A stretch of DNA of 64,000 nt. It comes from Anaerolineales bacterium (lineage in GTDB: Bacteria > Chloroflexota > Anaerolineae > Anaerolineales > UBA11579). Made by a program: the position numbers and the translations under genes. This document shows positions 36,279-48,059 of this stretch, piece after piece (within the stretch, counting starts at the first letter, position 1; each line of letters begins with the position of its first letter). Location: the NCBI GenBank assembly GCA_035291465.1, contig DATDRZ010000001.1:7616-71615 (forward strand), read 5' to 3'. The notes under the pieces are model-generated. The model saw nothing but the letters and a program-made list of their open reading frames with translations, made no database searches and was not told the DNA's origin.

Positions 36279-36965
36279 CTACTTCGCGCTGGCCAGTAAA
36301 TCCTCGATGCTGTCTACCAGCGCCCGTAATTTCTCTACGGATGTTCCCTTTAAACGTTGAGCAATTTCTAGATAAGGCCTGTTCTTGGGATCACTAATAA
36401 ATTCCTTTACCGCTCGCGGCAATGCGGCAAATTTTTCTTCCGCGCGCTGCTGGTTGATCCATTCGCCTACCGGTCCACTGTTGTCTGCGAACTGATCGAT
36501 GTGATAGCCGAGGTTGCCGGCCAGTAGTTCCAATTCCGGCAGCGGCACCGGAGTTTCGCCGCTTTCGTAGCGACGGATTCGGCCGGTGGAAATCCCCGTT
36601 CTATCGGCCAAATCCTTCTGGCTTAAATTCTTTTCTGTGCGCGCCTGGCGCAGCATGGCGGCGATGGCGCGCTGGCGCAGCGCCAGCAAGTTTCCCGTTT
36701 CCAGACGCGACGTCGGGTGCGGCTCCTGTGAAACGACCTGCGCGCTCCAAAAATGGTCGATCGGCGTCCCAAGGTAGAAAGCGAGTAATTCCAATTCGGG
36801 TAATGAAGGGGAATTTGACCCTTGTTCGATGGATCTGATCGCTCCACTGGAAAGACCTATTACGTCGCCCAGTTCTTTCATGGATTTTCCGGCCGCTAAA
36901 CGCGCATCGCGCAAGTGCAAACCGATGATCTTGGCGCGCAATCGCATTGCTTTGTCTTGTGACAT
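36279..36965 (-). CDS. XRE-family transcriptional regulator with two HTH domains
   Basis: Two Cro/C1-type HTH segments: LRDARLAAGKSMKELGDVIGLSSGAIRSIEQG and LRQARTEKNLSQKDLADRTGISTGRIRRYESG. Confidence 0.75.
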   Translation of the reverse strand: MSQDKAMRLRAKIIGLHLRDARLAAGKSMKELGDVIGLSSGAIRSIEQGSNSPSLPELELLAFYLGTPIDHFWSAQVVSQEPHPTSRLETGNLLALRQRAIAAMLRQARTEKNLSQKDLADRTGISTGRIRRYESGETPVPLPELELLAGNLGYHIDQFADNSGPVGEWINQQRAEEKFAALPRAVKEFISDPKNRPYLEIAQRLKGTSVEKLRALVDSIEDLLASAK

Positions 36966-37040
36966 TGGCTTTTAAGAAGACCCTACCCAGTCAGTGGGCA
37001 TTATATAGCATCCCTACCCCCATTCCTATTTTCGGAGTGA

Positions 37041-37724
37041 TCAGGGCATCATGTATCCTTCGCCGGAGAGCGTCACAATCACCTGGGGATTCCTCGGGTC
37101 TTTCTCGAGTTTCTGACGCAAGCGCGAGATACTCACCCATAGGATTTCTTTTTCATCCCCGTACTCGGGGCCCCATACAGTTTGCAGCAATTCCTCCGAG
37201 GTCAAGGTCTTGCCTGCATTGCGTGCAAATTCCAGCAGTAGCCGGTATTCGGTGGCAGAGAGAGGAACCAGCTCGCCGCCTACGCTAACCTCTGCCCGGG
37301 CGAAGTCAATGGCTATGTTGCCGCGCGAGAATCGGCTTTCGCCGAACTGGGGCGCCATTAGCTTGGCGCGGCGCAGGACGGCTCGCACGCGGGCCAGCAA
37401 TTCATTGGCAGAAAAGGGTTTGACCACATAATCGTCGGCGCCCAGGTTAAGTCCGCGCACTTTATGTTCCTCGTCGCCTTTCGCTGTGAGCATAATGATG
37501 GGGATGGTGGAGAATTCGCGGATGCGTTCGCAAACGGCGAAGCCGTCCATTTCGGGCATCATCACATCAAGCAAAATCAGATCGGGTTTTTCGCTTACGG
37601 TCATGTCGATCGCCTGTTGTCCGTTCTTGGCCTTTAATACCTCAAAACCCTCGGTCTGCAGGTTTGCCTCGACTAATCGAACAAAGCGGGGTTCATCATC
37701 TACGACAAGGATGCGTTCTGCCAT
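37041..37724 (-). CDS. OmpR-family DNA-binding response regulator
   Basis: ILVVDDEPRFV...DLILLDVMMPEMDG receiver domain and LTSEELLQTVWGPEY...VSISRLRQKLE winged helix. Confidence 0.9.
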   Translation of the reverse strand: MAERILVVDDEPRFVRLVEANLQTEGFEVLKAKNGQQAIDMTVSEKPDLILLDVMMPEMDGFAVCERIREFSTIPIIMLTAKGDEEHKVRGLNLGADDYVVKPFSANELLARVRAVLRRAKLMAPQFGESRFSRGNIAIDFARAEVSVGGELVPLSATEYRLLLEFARNAGKTLTSEELLQTVWGPEYGDEKEILWVSISRLRQKLEKDPRNPQVIVTLSGEGYMMP

Positions 37725-37737
37725 GATTACCTCTCAG

Positions 37738-38967
37738 TCATGCGGGTTGCGGAAGACGTGTTTTGGGTAAGGTGACGATGAATTCTGCTCCGTCTCCCCT
37801 TGTTGAACGGACGCTGATCTTCCCCTGATGGGCTTGCACGATTTGCTTGCATATATACAGACCCAATCCGCTGCCGCGGACCTTTTCTTTTGCGTCTTCC
37901 GTGCGGTAAAAACGCTTGAAGATGTGTTTTTGTTCTTCGTTTGGAACGCCCGGTCCGCGGTCTCTGACCATCAACTCGACATTTTCCTCATTGTAGCCCA
38001 GGGAAATCTGCAGAGGGGAGTCGGGCGCATATTTGGCCGCATTGCTGACCAGATTTTCGAGCACCTGGCTAAGCCGTTTGGGGTCAGCCTCAATAATAAA
38101 ATCGTCCTCCCTGGGCGCCCATTGAATATTCAACCCGGGATATCGGATCCGCAGGCGTTCGACATTCTCACTAACCAGGGCGGATAAATCCACAGTCTTT
38201 AATTCGATGTCCAGGGTTCCGGCCTGTAAACGCGACGAATCCAAGAGGTTGTCCACCAATTCAGTCAACCGATCCGTTTCTTCGTTGATTATGGTGAGGA
38301 ATTCTTTTTGGGTTGCCGCATCCCAGTGCGCATCGTCTCGCAGCAAGGTGGTCGCGTAACCCTTGATAAAGCCGAGGGGCGTCTTTAATTCGTGAGAAAC
38401 CGTGGCAATGAAATCAGATTGCAGTTGGACCAGCCGCCGTTCCGCTTCCAGGCGGCCGATACGCTCCACCAGCCGCTTATGTTCAAGGACCTGCGTGACG
38501 TGAAGGGCAATGAATTGAGCCAGATTGATTTGGTCGTCGGCAAATAGGGGTCCGCCAAAGCGCACGAAGATCAGCGCGCCAGTATTTTTGCCGCCAAGCA
38601 ACAACGGCAGTCCCAAAAAGAAGCGCTGCTCCAGACGATTTTGGTTGGCCATGATCTCGGGGTGGTTCAGGAAGATCTTTCCCGTGGAGAAAGCTTCTTT
38701 GGCAGCCGCCTCTCCCCAGGCCGAATCCGCTTCCGAAGAGCGGCCGCGACCGATGGCTCTGGCGAAGGCGGGCTCCAGGTTTCCCGTCTGCTCGTTGATT
38801 AAATACAGCACCGCGTTATCGAAGATGAACACCGGGCGCGACAAGCGCACGATTTCCGCTAAGGCAGTGTCTACCTCAATAGTTTCTGCCACTGTACGGC
38901 TGATGGCATAAACGGCGACCAGCTCGTTAGGCCGCAAGCTGCCAGTGGCTCCAGTTCGCTTAGTCAT
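37738..38967 (-). CDS. soluble GAF-domain sensor histidine kinase
   Basis: N-terminal GAF-like ~170 aa. HisKA H-box [13 protein letters not shown]. HATPase_c N/G boxes ([26 protein letters not shown]). No TM helices. Confidence 0.85.
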   Translation of the reverse strand: MTKRTGATGSLRPNELVAVYAISRTVAETIEVDTALAEIVRLSRPVFIFDNAVLYLINEQTGNLEPAFARAIGRGRSSEADSAWGEAAAKEAFSTGKIFLNHPEIMANQNRLEQRFFLGLPLLLGGKNTGALIFVRFGGPLFADDQINLAQFIALHVTQVLEHKRLVERIGRLEAERRLVQLQSDFIATVSHELKTPLGFIKGYATTLLRDDAHWDAATQKEFLTIINEETDRLTELVDNLLDSSRLQAGTLDIELKTVDLSALVSENVERLRIRYPGLNIQWAPREDDFIIEADPKRLSQVLENLVSNAAKYAPDSPLQISLGYNEENVELMVRDRGPGVPNEEQKHIFKRFYRTEDAKEKVRGSGLGLYICKQIVQAHQGKISVRSTRGDGAEFIVTLPKTRLPQPA

Positions 38968-40019
38968 AGCTTTCCTTGGTAGATAGGCAGGGCGAAGGAA
39001 AAACGACTGCCCTTGCCGGTACGTGTTTCGATTTGCAGCTTTGAACCATGAGCTTCGACGATACGCTTTGCCAGGGTGAGGCCAATTCCGGCCCCGCCTG
39101 CTTTGCGAGTCGACGAGCTGTCCAATTGGTGGAATGGCTCAAAGATCTCATTCATTCTTTCCGCGGGTATACCGATGCCTGTGTCGGCGACAGCGATTTG
39201 TATCCGCCGTCCATCCAGTTCAGCACTTAGTCGTACCTGGCCGCCTGGCTGGTTGAACTTGATTGCGTTGTCGACCAGTTGGCCGAGCACCCATTCGATT
39301 TTGTTGATGTCTGCCTGTGCGGGCGGCGCCTTGACAGGGCAGGAGGCGCTAATTTGTACCTCTGCCGAATTGGATTTATCTTTGTATCGTTGGGTAACCA
39401 GAGCGAAAAGATCCGAAATGTTGACCGGGCCAGCCTCCAAATGCAAACTTTCAGCGGTATCGAAGGCCAGGTAAAGGAGGTTTTCGATCAAGTTGCTTAA
39501 CCTCTTGTAGGATTTTTCGAGCACCTTGAGTGCGCTGCGCTGTTCGTCGCTGAGCGGACCTAAGGCCTCTGCGGACAACAAATCGATATAACCGACCATA
39601 TGGGCCAGCGGCGTTCTCAATTCGTGGGAAATATTGGAGATGAAATTGTTCTTTAAGCGGTTGAGCTCAGTAAGTTTGTCCAGGGCTTCTTGCAGCTCGG
39701 CGGTACGTTCACGCACGCGCTGCTCCAGGAAAAGGTTGCTTTCATGCAGCGCTTCCTGTAATTGAGAGATTTGCTGGGTAATGGCAGCGTCGAGTTTGCC
39801 GCGCTCGATCAACCCCAAATCGGTTAGCGCCTGCCCGAGCAGGATGCGAGTTCCCTTTTCCTCTTGTTCTTTTTGGTAGGCGAGGGCGCGCTTTAGCTCG
39901 GCGGGAGTAAGCAAACCCTGGTCTACCAGGGTGTCACCAAGGCGAGGCACCAGAACTTCCGGGGCCAAAGGCCCAGTAATTTTCGGCTTTGGCAAAGTCA
40001 CCACGTCACCGTACCGCAT
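38964..40019 (-). CDS. soluble sensor histidine kinase with N-terminal MshEN/T2SSE_N-type (c-di-GMP-binding) domain
   Basis: The N-terminus [24 protein letters not shown] matches the 24-residue MshEN motif. A second degenerate copy is [25 protein letters not shown]-box [12 protein letters not shown] and HATPase_c ([26 protein letters not shown]) follow. It overlaps the next kinase gene by 4 nt. Confidence 0.8.
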   Translation of the reverse strand: MRYGDVVTLPKPKITGPLAPEVLVPRLGDTLVDQGLLTPAELKRALAYQKEQEEKGTRILLGQALTDLGLIERGKLDAAITQQISQLQEALHESNLFLEQRVRERTAELQEALDKLTELNRLKNNFISNISHELRTPLAHMVGYIDLLSAEALGPLSDEQRSALKVLEKSYKRLSNLIENLLYLAFDTAESLHLEAGPVNISDLFALVTQRYKDKSNSAEVQISASCPVKAPPAQADINKIEWVLGQLVDNAIKFNQPGGQVRLSAELDGRRIQIAVADTGIGIPAERMNEIFEPFHQLDSSSTRKAGGAGIGLTLAKRIVEAHGSKLQIETRTGKGSRFSFALPIYQGKL

Positions 40020-40285
40020 TGTTCGGCGCCCTTATCAATTCCCGGGGGTAACAAAAACGTATAGGCGAAGCAAATTTCCACCTCGGGTTTGCTTTTTCGA
40101 AAGTATACATGGGCGTATGGTCTAAACAAGCGGTACATAACTCCTAACTGAATTATTAGGCATCTACCGGCAAACGGCAAGACCTACGCTTAGGTATAAT
40201 CCATAAGTCTAAACAAAGCTCTGACCAAGAAAGCCCTAGTTTCCGGCCTCCTTATATATCCCAAGAACATTTCGAAAGGTAGTCT

Positions 40286-42778
40286 ATGCCAGGTGGTTCT
40301 TCAATCCAGCCAGTAGATATTGGTGAGCAGATGCGCTCGGCGTACCTCGATTACGCCATGAGCGTGATCGTTGCTCGCGCCCTGCCTGATGCTCGAGATG
40401 GGCTGAAACCAGTTCATCGCCGCATCCTTTACGCCATGCTTGATATGGGAATTCGCTCCAGCTCCACCTACAAAAAATCTGCGCGTATTGTCGGTGAAGT
40501 GTTGGGCAAATATCACCCGCATAGCGATGTGGCCGTGTACGATGCCACGGCGCGCATGGCGCAAGACTTCTCCATGCGCTATCCGCTCATCGACGGCCAG
40601 GGAAACTTTGGTTCCATTGGCGGCGATCCACCCGCGGCCATGCGCTATACGGAGGCGCGGTTACACGCCATGGCCGAGGAATTGCTGGCGGATATCGATA
40701 AGGATACTGTCGATTTCGGGGACAACTTTGATGCTTCGTTAAAGGAGCCGCTGGTGCTCCCCAGCCGGGTGCCAAACCTATTGCTGAACGGATCATCGGG
40801 TATCGCCGTCGGGATGGCGACCAACATTCCTCCGCACAACCTTGGGGAACTGGTGGGTGCACTGCGTTACATGATCGATCGCTGGGAAAAGTCCGACAAT
40901 ATCACCACTGAGAATTTGCTCAAATTCGTAAAAGGTCCAGATTTTCCAACCGGTGGCATCATCGCCGGCCTGGACGGCATTCGCGACCTGTACAGCAAGG
41001 GCAAAGGCCAGTTGCTGGTGCGCGCCAAATCGCGCATCGAAGAAGGCCGCCGCGGGCGTATGCGCATTGTGATCAGTGAGATTCCATATCAACTGAACCT
41101 CACCAACCTCATCGAACGCATCGCTGACCTGGTGCGCGAGGGTCGCCTGGAAGGTATCGCAGACCTGCGCGATGAATCCGACCGCGATGGCCTGAGCATC
41201 GTGATCGAGTTGAAAGCGGGCGCCGAGCCCAAGCTAGTTTTAAACCGTTTATACAAATACACGCCACTGCAGAGCACGTTCGCTGCGCAAATGTTGGCTC
41301 TGGTAGATGGCGAACCGCGTCTTCTGTCTCTTAAGCGGGCGCTGCAGATCTTCGTTGAACATCGCCAGGTTGTCATCACACGGCGTTCCAAGTTCGAACT
41401 GGAAAAGGCCAAGGCCCGCGGCCATATCCTGGAAGGGTTGCTGAAAGCCCTCAAAAACCTTGATGAAGTCATCGAGACCATTCGTAAGTCGCCCGACGCG
41501 GAGGTTGCCAAGGAACGCTTGATGTCCAAATTCAAGCTGTCCGACAAGCAGTCGCAAGCCATCCTCGACATGCAGCTGCGCCGCCTGGCAGCCCTGGAGC
41601 GCAAGAAGATCGAAGACGAATACAAAGAAATTACAGAACGCATCGCTTATTTGGAAGATTTGCTGAAGCATCCCAAGAAGATCCTAGCTTTGATCAGAGA
41701 AGATCTGGGCGATTTGGAAAAAGCTTACGGCGACGAACGTAAAACCACCATTGATGCAGAGGGCAAGGGGAAGGACGACCTGACCGAAGAAAGCCTCATT
41801 GCCGACGAGGCCGTGCTGGTCAGCCTCACGCAGCAGGGGTATGTGAAGCGCGTGGCGGCTAAGACTTTCAAGGCGCAGACTCGCGGCGGTTCCGGCGTAA
41901 AGGGCCATGCCACCAAAGACAAAGATGAAGTGCTTATTCTGGTGCCTGCCCGTACGCTGGATACGATCTTGTTCTTCTCCGATCGCGGCAAAGTCTATTC
42001 CGAAAGGGTCTATCGCATCCCAGACGCCGACCGCACGGCGCGCGGTACGCCCATTATCAATATCCTCAACGTCAGTTCGGGCGAGACAATTACCGCCGCG
42101 GTTCCTGTTCCCGATTTCAAAGCGGCGGAATTCTGCATGATGGCCACTCGCAAAGGCAAGATCAAGCGTATGGCACTCAGTGAGTTCGAAGCCGTTCGCC
42201 CGTCCGGGTTGATTGCCATGGGCCTGGACAAAGGCGATGCACTATCTTGGGTTCACCTGGCTGGCAGCAGAGATCAGATCATCCTGGCTACACAACGCGG
42301 CAAAGCATTGCGCTTCGCTATTTCCGCGGTGCGTCCGATGGGGCGTCAGGCTGCCGGGGTGAGGGCAATCAGTATAAAAGCCAAGGACCAGGTGGCAGGC
42401 ATGGAAGTGGTTGAGTCCGGTGGGGACTTGCTTATTGTCACCACCAAGGGATATGGCAAGCGCACCCCTTTAAAGGAGTACCGTGCGAAGGGTCGTGGGA
42501 CCAGCGGCATGCTCACCATCGATGCGAAGGCGTTGCCAGCCGTTGGCACCATTGCTGCGGTACGTGTGGTTCAAGACGCCGATGAGGTCACCATTATCTC
42601 GTCGGCCGGCGTGGTGCTGCGCACGAAAGTCAAAGACATCAAGCGGGCTGGCCGCGCAACTCGCGGCGTTCGCTTGATGAACGTTGCGGGGGGCGATAGC
42701 GTGGCTACTGTGGCACGTATCGCTGCGGCCGATCTCAAACTTGCAGGAGCGCAGGAAAACGGCAAAGAGGCAAAGTAA
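40286..42778 (+). CDS. gyrA: DNA gyrase subunit A
   Basis: [42 protein letters not shown] (catalytic Tyr), and C-terminal beta-pinwheel repeats. Confidence 0.97.
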   Translation: MPGGSSIQPVDIGEQMRSAYLDYAMSVIVARALPDARDGLKPVHRRILYAMLDMGIRSSSTYKKSARIVGEVLGKYHPHSDVAVYDATARMAQDFSMRYPLIDGQGNFGSIGGDPPAAMRYTEARLHAMAEELLADIDKDTVDFGDNFDASLKEPLVLPSRVPNLLLNGSSGIAVGMATNIPPHNLGELVGALRYMIDRWEKSDNITTENLLKFVKGPDFPTGGIIAGLDGIRDLYSKGKGQLLVRAKSRIEEGRRGRMRIVISEIPYQLNLTNLIERIADLVREGRLEGIADLRDESDRDGLSIVIELKAGAEPKLVLNRLYKYTPLQSTFAAQMLALVDGEPRLLSLKRALQIFVEHRQVVITRRSKFELEKAKARGHILEGLLKALKNLDEVIETIRKSPDAEVAKERLMSKFKLSDKQSQAILDMQLRRLAALERKKIEDEYKEITERIAYLEDLLKHPKKILALIREDLGDLEKAYGDERKTTIDAEGKGKDDLTEESLIADEAVLVSLTQQGYVKRVAAKTFKAQTRGGSGVKGHATKDKDEVLILVPARTLDTILFFSDRGKVYSERVYRIPDADRTARGTPIINILNVSSGETITAAVPVPDFKAAEFCMMATRKGKIKRMALSEFEAVRPSGLIAMGLDKGDALSWVHLAGSRDQIILATQRGKALRFAISAVRPMGRQAAGVRAISIKAKDQVAGMEVVESGGDLLIVTTKGYGKRTPLKEYRAKGRGTSGMLTIDAKALPAVGTIAAVRVVQDADEVTIISSAGVVLRTKVKDIKRAGRATRGVRLMNVAGGDSVATVARIAAADLKLAGAQENGKEAK

Positions 42779-42910
42779 ACTCTGCTTACTACAGTTGCGA
42801 GAAGGAGCTTAAGGCTTAGAGCCTGTCCCGAGTGAGCCGCGGAGTTACCCCTGAGCGAATTGAATGGGCGGCAACGAGGGAACGCAAACGAACCCCTTTT
42901 GAAAGCAATA

Positions 42911-42939
42911 AAAATAGGCGACCACCGGTCGCCTATTTT
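42911..42939. terminator. bidirectional rho-independent terminator
   Basis: AAAATAGGCGACC (42911-42923) / GGTCGCCTATTTT (42927-42939) with a 3-nt loop. The A/T runs are symmetric. Confidence 0.7.
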
Positions 42940-42954
42940 TGTTTGCCAAACGCA

Positions 42955-43179
42955 TCAGCTAATCGGAATCGCGATCACCCCTGTAATCAGCAAGAAGAAT
43001 GCGCCGATGATAAGCACCATCAGAAAGAACATGAATGAAATAATGAAGCGTTGGAAAGGCGTCATTCCCAGGAAGCCGGTCTCGGGTTCCGGACTCAGTT
43101 CGATCTTTGAGCTTTCCTCGAGTTCATCAAGGAAACTGCTGGTGTCGTCGCCTTCTTCTCTGAGAAAATCGTCGAGCAT
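42955..43179 (-). CDS. small membrane protein (acidic N-terminus, one C-terminal TM helix)
   Basis: 74-aa ORF ending in FIISFMFFLMVLIIGAFFLLITGVIAIPIS. It sits downstream of birA on the same strand. Confidence 0.4.
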   Translation of the reverse strand: MLDDFLREEGDDTSSFLDELEESSKIELSPEPETGFLGMTPFQRFIISFMFFLMVLIIGAFFLLITGVIAIPIS

Positions 43180-43205
43180 TGCTCTCCAGGCTGGTTTAGT
43201 TTAGC

Positions 43206-44006
43206 TTATTTCGAAGACGTGTCAACCAAAGGACGGATTTGAATTTCGCCCATATAAAATCCCTTAACGTCACCCGACGCCAAGCGCATCTGCAAGCTGC
43301 CATCAGCGGCCAAACCCAGAATTTCACCTTTCACTGTCGGATCTCCCCCGCCTTCGAGGCGAACATGATGTCCTTTGTAAGCCAGCCGTTGGTCCCAAGC
43401 CTGCACAAATTCCGGGTCTCCTAATTTATCCTTCCAGTTGATCAGACTCTCAAGGGCGGCTCTCAACATTAGAGCCGCATCGGGCTCCCTTCCAAGCGCA
43501 TCCTGAACACAGGTGGCCGGGAAATTTAGCTCTTTTTTTGGAGGCAGTGAACTGGGTGCAATATTGATGCCAATCCCCAGAATTGGCGCTGTCAGGCGCT
43601 CCCCGGACCACTGCATTTCCACCAACACCCCGCAGACTTTTTTGCCGTCCAATAGAACGTCATTCGGCCATTTGATCTGAGGGATCAGTTCATAGAGATC
43701 CTCGAGCGCCTGGCAAACCGCCAGGGCGCCTAATCCTGAAACCAAACCCGGCAGGACAGGCCCCAACTTAGGGGCTGTATCCAGAAGCAGGCTGAAGGCT
43801 AAAGCCGAGCCAGGCGGGGTGAACCAGGTCCGTCCTGCGCGGCCACGCCCATGGATTTGCTCATCGGCATAGGCCAGGCACAAACCTGTGGCGCCCTCCC
43901 GCGCCCAATCGGCGACCACATCATTCGTTGACCCGACGCTTGAGAAATACTCGTATCTGGCTAGAGGCAGGCCCAAACTGGCCTTATTGAATTCGGATTC
44001 TTGCAT
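43206..44006 (-). CDS. birA: biotin-[acetyl-CoA-carboxylase] ligase, class I (no N-terminal HTH)
   Basis: ATG at 44006 (MQESEF...). Contains [20 protein letters not shown] and [19 protein letters not shown]. The longer ORF to 44501 overlaps rpsB antisense and is rejected. Confidence 0.85.
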   Translation of the reverse strand: MQESEFNKASLGLPLARYEYFSSVGSTNDVVADWAREGATGLCLAYADEQIHGRGRAGRTWFTPPGSALAFSLLLDTAPKLGPVLPGLVSGLGALAVCQALEDLYELIPQIKWPNDVLLDGKKVCGVLVEMQWSGERLTAPILGIGINIAPSSLPPKKELNFPATCVQDALGREPDAALMLRAALESLINWKDKLGDPEFVQAWDQRLAYKGHHVRLEGGGDPTVKGEILGLAADGSLQMRLASGDVKGFYMGEIQIRPLVDTSSK

Positions 44007-44054
44007 TACCGCATTGTAATCTTTCAAGAAATTCTGGACTCTGCTTTGTCCACA

Positions 44055-44063
44055 TGGTATACT
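44055..44063 (+). promoter_or_regulatory. candidate extended -10 promoter (TGgTATACT) for rpsB-tsf
   Basis: TGGTATACT at 44055-44063. TGGACT lies 17 nt upstream as a weak -35. Confidence 0.35.
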
Positions 44064-44067
44064 TTTT

Positions 44068-44091
44068 ACGCGCTCGCATTCGCGAGCGCGT
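44068..44091. promoter_or_regulatory. 24-bp GC-rich palindrome/hairpin in the birA-rpsB divergent region
   Basis: ACGCGCTCGC-ATTC-GCGAGCGCGT, a 10-bp perfect stem immediately downstream of the candidate -10. Confidence 0.35.
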
Positions 44092-44246
44092 TGTCTGAAA
44101 GCGCAAGGTGCGCGCGTATGTGGGCGCAACGCAGCCTGGCACAGGCGACATCTCACACGCTTCCCGACCCGGCAGGGCGTGCCAGCATAAAAGCTGGTGC
44201 CTATCGGGGAGGACGGAAGCGGAGGAAAAACGCAAGGAGTTACCCT

Positions 44247-45254
44247 ATGGCCGCAGTAGATATGAAGGCCTTGCTCGAAGCGGGGGTACATTTTGGTCAT
44301 CGCACCCAGAAATGGGACCCGCGCATGAAGCCTTACATCTTCACCGAGCGCAACGGCATCCACATCATTGATTTGCAGCAGACGGTGAAAGCCCTCGAAG
44401 AGGCTTACACCATAGTCCGTGACCTCGTTGCCGGCGGCGGCACACTGCTTTTTGTCGGCACCAAACGCCAGGCGGTGGAGACCATCGAAGCTGAGGCGCA
44501 ACGCTGTGAGATGCCCTACGTGACTGTCCGCTGGTTGGGCGGCATGCTCACCAACTGGCAGACTATGCGCCAGCGCCTCAACGAGCTAGAAAGTCTGGAG
44601 CGCGTCAGTGAGGCGCCCACAACCTCAGGCCTCACCAAGCGCGAGTTGCTTTCCAACACGCGCAAAGTCGAAAAGCTTCAAGATCGCTTTGGCGGCGTGC
44701 GCGAGCTGACCCGCGTGCCCGATATGCTTTTCGTGGTCGACGTAAATCGCGAGACCACGGCGGTGCGCGAAGCGAACATCCTCAAGATCCCTGTTCTCGG
44801 TCTTGTGGATACAAATTGTGATCCCTCGGTAATTGACTATGTGATTCCGTCCAACGATGATGCGATCCGCGCGATTAAGTTAATGGTTTCCTACATCGCG
44901 GATGCGGCACTCGAAGGCAGCGCACTGCGCCAGGATAAGCAAGCGCAAGAAGAGCCGAAGAAAGCTGTCAAGGCCGCGGCCCGCCGGCGACGGGGCGAAG
45001 CCGCAGTTGAGGAATTGACGGACGAAGAATTACTGGGCAGCGCCACATTGGCAAAAGTAGCTGAGGAGCAAGCGAAGGTAGAAGCAGAAGCCGTTGCTAA
45101 AGCCGCCAAGGTGGCGGCCGCGCCCGCGGAAGCCAAGCCAAAGAAGCCAGCAGCCAAGAAACCCGCAAAGAGGGCCGCGGCTCCAAAGGCTCGAAAGCCT
45201 AAAACCAAGATCAGGAAATCCGATCTCGAAGGTGAGGGCGGAGACAAAGCTTAA
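44247..45254 (+). CDS. rpsB: 30S ribosomal protein S2 with a Lys/Ala-rich C-terminal extension
   Basis: [41 protein letters not shown]. The last ~90 aa are [51 protein letters not shown]. Confidence 0.95.
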   Translation: MAAVDMKALLEAGVHFGHRTQKWDPRMKPYIFTERNGIHIIDLQQTVKALEEAYTIVRDLVAGGGTLLFVGTKRQAVETIEAEAQRCEMPYVTVRWLGGMLTNWQTMRQRLNELESLERVSEAPTTSGLTKRELLSNTRKVEKLQDRFGGVRELTRVPDMLFVVDVNRETTAVREANILKIPVLGLVDTNCDPSVIDYVIPSNDDAIRAIKLMVSYIADAALEGSALRQDKQAQEEPKKAVKAAARRRRGEAAVEELTDEELLGSATLAKVAEEQAKVEAEAVAKAAKVAAAPAEAKPKKPAAKKPAKRAAAPKARKPKTKIRKSDLEGEGGDKA

Positions 45255-45256
45255 TT

Positions 45257-45865
45257 ATGACCATCACGACTGAGCAAATCAAAGAACTGCGCGAGGCCAC
45301 CGGCGCCGGCGTTTTGGAATGCCGCGCCGCTCTGGAGAATTCCGGCGGAGATTTCGATAAGGCCGTCGCCTATTTGCGCGAAAAAGGTCTGGCCAAAGCC
45401 GCCAAGCGCGCCGATAAGGAAGCCTCTGACGGCGTTGTGGAACTGTACTCCCATGGCGGCGGACGCGTGGGCGTAATGGTCGAAGTGAACTGCGAGACGG
45501 ATTTCGTAGCTCGCTCCGAAGCATTCCGCAAGCTGGCGCATGAAATTGCCCTGCAAATCGCCGCTGCCGCGCCGGAATGGGTGAGGATCGAAGATGTTCC
45601 TGAAGCCGTTGCCAATCAAGAACGCGAGATTGCTAAGGTGCGTGCCAAGGAAGATGGAAAGCCTGAGGCAGCTTGGACCAAGATTGTTGAAGGACGGATG
45701 GAGAAATTCTTGGAGGAAAAAGTCTTGCTTCGCCAGCCTTACGTTAGGGATGAAGCCAAGACGGTGCAGGATCTCATCAGCGAGGCTATCGGCTCAATCG
45801 GCGAAAACATCGTGGTACGGCGTTTCGCCCGCTGGGAACTTGGTGAGCATGTCGAAAAGCAATGA
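45257..45865 (+). CDS. tsf: elongation factor Ts (short form)
   Basis: TTEQIKELREATGAGVLECRAALENSGGDFDKAVAYLREKG (UBA-like N-terminus). 202 aa. Confidence 0.95.
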   Translation: MTITTEQIKELREATGAGVLECRAALENSGGDFDKAVAYLREKGLAKAAKRADKEASDGVVELYSHGGGRVGVMVEVNCETDFVARSEAFRKLAHEIALQIAAAAPEWVRIEDVPEAVANQEREIAKVRAKEDGKPEAAWTKIVEGRMEKFLEEKVLLRQPYVRDEAKTVQDLISEAIGSIGENIVVRRFARWELGEHVEKQ

Positions 45866-45871
45866 AGTTAA

Positions 45872-46642
<771 letters not shown>

Positions 46643-46748
46643 GTTCACCTTGTAGGACCTTCGGGTGGGGCCAGTGGTAAAATCAAAAAAGTTCCATCTT
46701 TCTATACAATAAGTTCAACAGATCTCTATCCTTTGCTTGGAGGTTGCA

Positions 46749-47306
46749 GTGATATCCGACGTCCTCAAGGAGACCCGAGAACGCATGAATCATTCGGTGC
46801 TGTCGCTCAAAGATGACTTGGCCGTCATCCGCACTGGGCGCGCTTCGCCCGCGCTGGTTGAAAAGTTATCTGTGGAATACTACGGCCAGCCGACCCCGCT
46901 CATCCAGCTGGCTTCGATCAGCGTTCCTGAACCTCGCCAATTGCTGATCAAACCCTTTGACCCCGGCAGTCTCAAGGAGATCGAGAGAGCCATACAGTCA
47001 TCTGACCTGGGACTTACGCCGAACAATGACGGCAAAATGATCCGTCTAACCCTGCCTCAATTAACTGAGGAAAGGCGCAAAGAATTGGTGAAGGTCGTTC
47101 ATGCTCGCGTCGAGGAAGCTCATGTCGCTGTTCGCAATATCCGGCGCGATGCATTAAAGGACATTCGCGAGTTCAAAGATGAAAAACTTATTGGTGAAGA
47201 TGATGAGAAGCGAGGCGAAGACGAATTGCAGAAACTGACTGATGAGTTTATCAAGCAACTGGACGGGATCGGCGCAGCTAAAGAAAAAGATGTCATGGAA
47301 GTCTAG
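46749..47306 (+). CDS. frr: ribosome recycling factor
   Basis: GTG at 46749 lies 5 nt after GGAGG (46739-46743). Contains [15 protein letters not shown]...YYGQPTPL and [14 protein letters not shown]. Confidence 0.9.
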   Translation: MISDVLKETRERMNHSVLSLKDDLAVIRTGRASPALVEKLSVEYYGQPTPLIQLASISVPEPRQLLIKPFDPGSLKEIERAIQSSDLGLTPNNDGKMIRLTLPQLTEERRKELVKVVHARVEEAHVAVRNIRRDALKDIREFKDEKLIGEDDEKRGEDELQKLTDEFIKQLDGIGAAKEKDVMEV

Positions 47307-47334
47307 CAAGACGCCAAAAAACAGCGACTTGAGA

Positions 47335-48057
47335 ATGGTCAAGGAGAAACCCAAGTTACCCGAGCAGGTGCCTCAGCATATAGCCATTATTATGGATGGC
47401 AACGGTCGCTGGGCAAAGCAGCGCGGCTTGCCCCGTCTGGCCGGCCATCGCGCCGGTACAGATAACCTGCGGCGCATCATCGAAGCTTGCGTCGAATTTG
47501 GCGTGAAAGTTCTCACCATCTACGCCTTCTCCACCGAAAACTGGGGCCGGCCCGAAGAAGAAGTCAGCGGCCTGATGAGCATCTTCGATGAGGTCTTTGA
47601 GCGCGAACTGGCCGAGCTGCACCGCCAGGGCGCGCAACTACGCCATATCGGACGCCTGGATGGGGTTCGCCAATCCCTGCGCGAGAAGGTGCGCCGGGGC
47701 ATGGAGTTGACCAAGAACAATGACCGCTTGATCCTCAATGTGGCTTTCAACTACGGCGGTCGTGACGAGATCGTTCAAGCCATCAAAGCCATGCTTAAGG
47801 ATGGCGTCGATCCTAACGATGTTACCGAAGCGCTTGTATCGAGATATCTGTATACCTCCGACTGCCCAGACCCCGATCTCGTCATCCGTACTTCCGGCGA
47901 GCAACGCATAAGCAATTTCCTGATCTGGCAAGCCGCCTATGCGGAGTGGGTCTTCCCTGAAACGCTGTGGCCTGATTTCGGCCGCGAGCAACTCCTGGCC
48001 GCCATCCAGGAATTCGGGCGGCGCGAACGGCGCTACGGATTGGTTCTCGAACGTTAG
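47335..48057 (+). CDS. uppS: isoprenyl transferase (undecaprenyl-diphosphate synthase)
   Basis: [22 protein letters not shown]...[14 protein letters not shown]...[21 protein letters not shown]. An alternative ATG at 47290 is possible. Confidence 0.9.
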   Translation: MVKEKPKLPEQVPQHIAIIMDGNGRWAKQRGLPRLAGHRAGTDNLRRIIEACVEFGVKVLTIYAFSTENWGRPEEEVSGLMSIFDEVFERELAELHRQGAQLRHIGRLDGVRQSLREKVRRGMELTKNNDRLILNVAFNYGGRDEIVQAIKAMLKDGVDPNDVTEALVSRYLYTSDCPDPDLVIRTSGEQRISNFLIWQAAYAEWVFPETLWPDFGREQLLAAIQEFGRRERRYGLVLER

Positions 48058-48059
48058 CC

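Noticed and set aside
40020-40285. Possible c-di-GMP riboswitch between the kinase array and gyrA (GGCAAACGGCAAGACC string)
   Set aside because: Only a few short matches to the GEMM-I consensus are present. The paired P1/P2 architecture and the conserved GNRA/receptor elements could not be traced. The region more likely holds the gyrA promoter (TATAAT at about 40193).
44007-44501. N-terminal 165-aa extension of the birA ORF, and the reciprocal 82-aa extension of the rpsB ORF (44001..44246)
   Set aside because: The extensions overlap each other antisense and have no homology-like features. Both genes have internal ATGs that give canonical N-termini; rpsB also has an AAGGAG RBS.
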